From Desulfosporosinus sp. Tol-M (lineage in GTDB: Bacteria; Bacillota; Desulfitobacteriia; Desulfitobacteriales; Desulfitobacteriaceae): a stretch of 64,000 nucleotides of DNA. A program made the position numbers and the translations under genes. The notes beneath the pieces were generated by a model, which saw only the letters and a list, made by a program, of their open reading frames with translations, was not told the DNA's origin and did not search any database. Positions 60,461-64,000 of the stretch are shown one piece after another; the stretch's first letter is position 1, and every line of letters begins with the position of its first letter. Location: NCBI GenBank assembly GCA_000770645.1, contig JQID01000127.1:10194-74193 (forward strand). Reading direction: 5' to 3'.

Positions 60461-61393
60461 ATGGAGCATGGAAGGGGAATGACGGAAGGGTTGTGTCAGG
60501 CTTTAGCCGAGGAAATTGAAATACTTAAAAAAGAACGTAAAGCAGTTATTTTAGCCCACTATTATCAAAGGCCTGAAATTCAGGATATTGCCGATTTTGT
60601 CGGAGATTCCTTGCAACTTAGTCAACGAGCTGCCATAATCGATGCGGAAGTCATTGTGTTATGCGGCGTCCATTTTATGGCGGAAAGTGCGGCAATTTTA
60701 GCACCGGATAAAGTTGTGATCTTGCCCGAGGCTAACGCGGGTTGCCCTATGGCGGACATGGTTGATGCTGAAGGTTTACGGGCCTATAAAAAAAGGGTTC
60801 CCGGAGTCAAAGTAGTATGTTATGTTAATTCTTCTGCAGAAGTAAAAGCGGAGAGTGATATCTGTTGCACTTCCTCCAACGCGGTAAAAGTAGTACAGTC
60901 TTTACAGGGACAAGATATCCTCTTTATTCCGGATGAAAATCTTGGACGTTATGTGGCACGCATCCTTGGACAAACACTTCAGTTATGGCCTGGGTACTGT
61001 AAAACGCATGACCGATTGACGAAAGAAGACATTCTTAAGGCCAGAAAGGAACATCCTTTAGCCAAAGTGATCGTACACCCGGAATGCCGGGAAGAGATTT
61101 GCCAGGAAGCTGATTATATAAGTTCTACAGCAGGATTGATAGCGTATGCTCAGAACTCAGAGAGTCATGATTTTATTGTGGGGACGGAGTCAGGGATTTT
61201 ACATCGGCTCTATCAGGTTTGTCCGGATAAAGAATTTCATCTCGCTTCAGAACGCTTGGTTTGCCCGAATATGAAATTAACAACGTTAGCTAAAGTTAGA
61301 GATGCGCTGATTGCTCTTTCCCCCCGTATTACGGTTAAAGAAGAAATACGAGTTAAAGCCAAAGAAGCACTAGAGAGAATGCTGGCCTTGTAG
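60461..61393 (+). CDS. nadA: Quinolinate synthase
   Basis: LAHYYQ, CGVHFMAE, AGCPMA, YVNSSA, HPEC, CPNMK. Confidence 0.97.
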   Translation: MEHGRGMTEGLCQALAEEIEILKKERKAVILAHYYQRPEIQDIADFVGDSLQLSQRAAIIDAEVIVLCGVHFMAESAAILAPDKVVILPEANAGCPMADMVDAEGLRAYKKRVPGVKVVCYVNSSAEVKAESDICCTSSNAVKVVQSLQGQDILFIPDENLGRYVARILGQTLQLWPGYCKTHDRLTKEDILKARKEHPLAKVIVHPECREEICQEADYISSTAGLIAYAQNSESHDFIVGTESGILHRLYQVCPDKEFHLASERLVCPNMKLTTLAKVRDALIALSPRITVKEEIRVKAKEALERMLAL

Positions 61394-61411
61394 GCAGTAA
61401 AAGAGCAGGGG

Positions 61412-63055
61412 ATGGGCAGATTGAGACGTTATTTATATCCTTGGTCCAAATCCGGGATTAAGGTCTTTGATTCGGACGTACTTGTGTTGGGAAGCGGAAT
61501 TGCTGGTTTATACACAGCGATCAAAGCGAGTGAACACTTTCAGGTTACTGTGCTTACGAAGAAAACGATTGAAGAAAGTAATACTGGGCATGCTCAAGGT
61601 GGGATTGCAGTAGCTCTTAATGAAGAGGACTCCCCGACCTTGCATTTTGAAGATACGTTGCGGGCAGGCGCCGGGCTCTGTGACCCTTTAGTTGTAAGGA
61701 TTTTGGTTGAAGAGGGACCCACTTGTGTGGAAGAACTCATGAACATGGGTGCTCAGTTTGACCGCCAAGATGGGGCACTAGCCCTGACACGTGAGGCCGC
61801 ACATAGCCAGCGGAGGATATTGCACGCACTGGGGGATGCCACGGGGTGGGAAATCGAGCGAGCCTTAGTTGCTAAAGTCAAGGAAAATCCTAAGGTTACC
61901 GCTTTAGAAGGACGATTTGTGGTTGATCTATTAGAAAATTATACCGGGGAAATAGTAGGAGCCCTGGTTCTTAACGAGGAAACAGGAGAATTCGAAGGGC
62001 ATTTAGCCAATGCAGTAGTTCTAGCGACTGGAGGATTAGGGCAAGTTTATCGTTTTACGACGAATCCCAGTGTTGCCACGGGGGATGGAATGGCAATAGC
62101 CATACGTGCGGGGGCATACTTGATGGATATGGAATTTGTGCAATTTCACCCTACGGCATTGTTTATTCCTAATGCACCTTGTTTTTTAATATCGGAATCG
62201 GTGCGTGGAGAAGGAGCACATTTAATTAACTCCGCAGGGTTACGTTTTATGGAAAATGTACCGGGGAAAGAACTTGCTCCCCGCGATATTGTCGCTCGGG
62301 CAATTTGGGAGGAAATGAACCAAGGCCCGGTTTATTTAGATTTTCGTCCTATCGGACTGGAAAGAATTCTTGAGCGATTCCCAACCATTTATCAAACATG
62401 TTTAAACTATGGGATGAATGTATGTACTACGCCCTTGCCAATTGCGCCGGCTGCCCATTATATGATGGGTGGGATTGCGACAAACTCATTTGGGGAAACA
62501 AGTCTACCTCGTCTTTATGCGGCAGGGGAATGTGCTTGTAATGGGGTTCATGGTGCAAATCGGTTAGCAAGTAACTCCTTGCTGGACGGATTGGTTTTTG
62601 GAGCACGCATCGTCGAGAAAATTTTACAGAAGAATTATGTAAAACGCCCTTCATGGGAGGGGGTTCTTTGCCCTGAAGGAGGTTTGGGCAGGACTGGAAT
62701 AAATGGATTAGGAAAACAAGTAGACGCTCGAGGTCTGCGGACCCGGATCCAAGATTTGATGTGGAACAGTGTCGGTATTTTGCGAGATGAGGCGGGCCTC
62801 GAGAAGGCTAAAGAGTTATTGAAGGCTTGGGAGCGGAACGAACTGTCCATACGCTGTGTGGATGATCTGGAGACGGCCAACCTGTTAACGGTTGGGGAGG
62901 TTATTGCCAAAGCCGCTTTTGATCGTCAGGAGAGTCGAGGGGGGCATTTCCGATCGGACTATCCGTTGCGACTTGACGAACGCTGGCAAAAGCACTCTCT
63001 GCAAAGTAAGGAAGGATATCATGTACACTACGTTCCAGTTTCAGGAGCTGATTGA
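61412..63055 (+). CDS. nadB: L-aspartate oxidase
   Basis: GSGIAGL, AQGGIA, QFHPT, HYMMGG, HGANRLASNSL; nadA-B-C context. Confidence 0.95.
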   Translation: MGRLRRYLYPWSKSGIKVFDSDVLVLGSGIAGLYTAIKASEHFQVTVLTKKTIEESNTGHAQGGIAVALNEEDSPTLHFEDTLRAGAGLCDPLVVRILVEEGPTCVEELMNMGAQFDRQDGALALTREAAHSQRRILHALGDATGWEIERALVAKVKENPKVTALEGRFVVDLLENYTGEIVGALVLNEETGEFEGHLANAVVLATGGLGQVYRFTTNPSVATGDGMAIAIRAGAYLMDMEFVQFHPTALFIPNAPCFLISESVRGEGAHLINSAGLRFMENVPGKELAPRDIVARAIWEEMNQGPVYLDFRPIGLERILERFPTIYQTCLNYGMNVCTTPLPIAPAAHYMMGGIATNSFGETSLPRLYAAGECACNGVHGANRLASNSLLDGLVFGARIVEKILQKNYVKRPSWEGVLCPEGGLGRTGINGLGKQVDARGLRTRIQDLMWNSVGILRDEAGLEKAKELLKAWERNELSIRCVDDLETANLLTVGEVIAKAAFDRQESRGGHFRSDYPLRLDERWQKHSLQSKEGYHVHYVPVSGAD

Positions 63056-63893
63056 TCGGGCATTGAATGAAGACATCGGGACAGGGGACCTTAGCACCAG
63101 GATTTTGCCGGAAGAAGTAACCGGGTTGGCAAAACTATACGCTAAACAAAAAGGTGTGGTTGCCGGTCTGTGGCTTGTTGAACAGGTTTTTCAGCGTGTG
63201 GATTCACGAATTTGTAGCCATAAGTTGCTCAAAGACGGGGATGAAGTGAACGTTGGAGAGGTTGTACTTGAGCTAAGCGGTCCCTTAAGCAGTATTTTGC
63301 AGGGGGAGCGCACGGCTTTGAATTTCTTGCAACATCTCTCAGGAATTGCCACAGCCACAAAACGAGCGGTTGATCAGGTCGCAGGGCTTTCGGTTAGCAT
63401 TGTAGATACACGAAAGACCCTCCCGGGATGGCGCGCTTTACAGAAATATGCGGTCAGAGTCGGTGGTGGAAAGAACCATCGATTTGGGCTTTATGATGCA
63501 GTGCTGCTAAAGGATAATCATCTTGCGGCTGTGGGCAGTTTAACGGAGGCCGTCCAACGGATCAAGGATCAAGTTGGACATATGACTAAGATTGAAGTTG
63601 AGTGTGAAACGATAGAGCAGGTCCAAGAAGCGGTAAACTGTGGTGTCGATGTGATTATGCTGGACAATATGGATTTAGGAGAAATGCGCGAAGCGGTCCA
63701 ATATATTGACCGGCGGGCAATCGTTGAAGCATCAGGAGGGATGGGGGAAGAACGCCTCCGTGAAGTGGCTGAGACAGGGATCGACCTGATTTCGATCGGT
63801 GCATTGACTCATTCGGTTCAGGCTTTAGACTTTAGTCTTGATCTCGGTGATATTAAAGCTACGACGAGGGCAAGTTGGGAAAGAGGAATCTAA
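63021..63893 (+). CDS. nadC: Nicotinate-nucleotide pyrophosphorylase (carboxylating)
   Basis: ED...GDL, ERTALN, DTRKT.PG, NHRFGL.D..LLKDNH, EASGG. Confidence 0.97.
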   Translation: MYTTFQFQELIDRALNEDIGTGDLSTRILPEEVTGLAKLYAKQKGVVAGLWLVEQVFQRVDSRICSHKLLKDGDEVNVGEVVLELSGPLSSILQGERTALNFLQHLSGIATATKRAVDQVAGLSVSIVDTRKTLPGWRALQKYAVRVGGGKNHRFGLYDAVLLKDNHLAAVGSLTEAVQRIKDQVGHMTKIEVECETIEQVQEAVNCGVDVIMLDNMDLGEMREAVQYIDRRAIVEASGGMGEERLREVAETGIDLISIGALTHSVQALDFSLDLGDIKATTRASWERGI

Positions 63894-64000
63894 ATGTTAC
63901 GTCATGACATCCTTCATCTCCTCGCCGCGCATCCGGAAAAATACGTGTCTGGCGAAAAGATTAGTCAGCAATTGAATGTTACGCGGGCAGCTATTTGGAA
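63894..64000 (+). CDS. birA: Biotin protein ligase/repressor BirA, 5' part (runs off window end)
   Basis: MLRHDILHLL...YVSGEKISQQLNVTRAAIW winged-HTH start; follows nadC. Confidence 0.85.
   Translation, partial: MLRHDILHLLAAHPEKYVSGEKISQQLNVTRAAIW

Noticed and set aside
234-62910. Numerous antisense or alternate-frame ORFs of 60-190 aa overlapping the called genes
   Set aside because: Shadow ORFs of well-identified housekeeping genes with no independent evidence

Overview
This is a core chromosomal region of a spore-forming anaerobic Firmicute. Gene content, protein style and intergenic repeats suggest a Desulfosporosinus/Desulfitobacterium-like organism (inference). It is largely syntenic with the Bacillus subtilis yaa-yab region: PFOR 3' end, gerKA/KB/KC, gin, yaaO, holB, ricT, yabA, rsmI, abrB, metG, tatD, yabE, rnmV, rsmA, yabG, cphBA, ispE, spoVG, glmU, prs, pth, fin, mfd, prsA, spoVT, yabN, hup, yabOPQ, divIC, yabR, spoIIE, fhs, tilS, ftsH, ndk, folPBK, panG/C/D, nadABC and birA. 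No rRNA, tRNA or CRISPR array was seen. The most notable non-genic signal is a ~200-nt element in two diverged copies (43052-43285 and 58069-58253). It shows compensatory base changes in a stem that crosses another stem, so it is a candidate multi-pseudoknot structured RNA or structured mobile repeat; one copy lies directly before the pantothenate operon RBS. Other signals: four further intergenic repeat or module families, one of which (a 7-nt repeat) has entered the pth reading frame; an IS4-family element with intact ends but a doubly frameshifted transposase; several decayed genes (purR and a 3D-domain gene collapsed by internal deletion, a CBO0543-family pseudogene, an early TGA in fhs); and a DnaA-box cluster ahead of an HTH gene and divIC.
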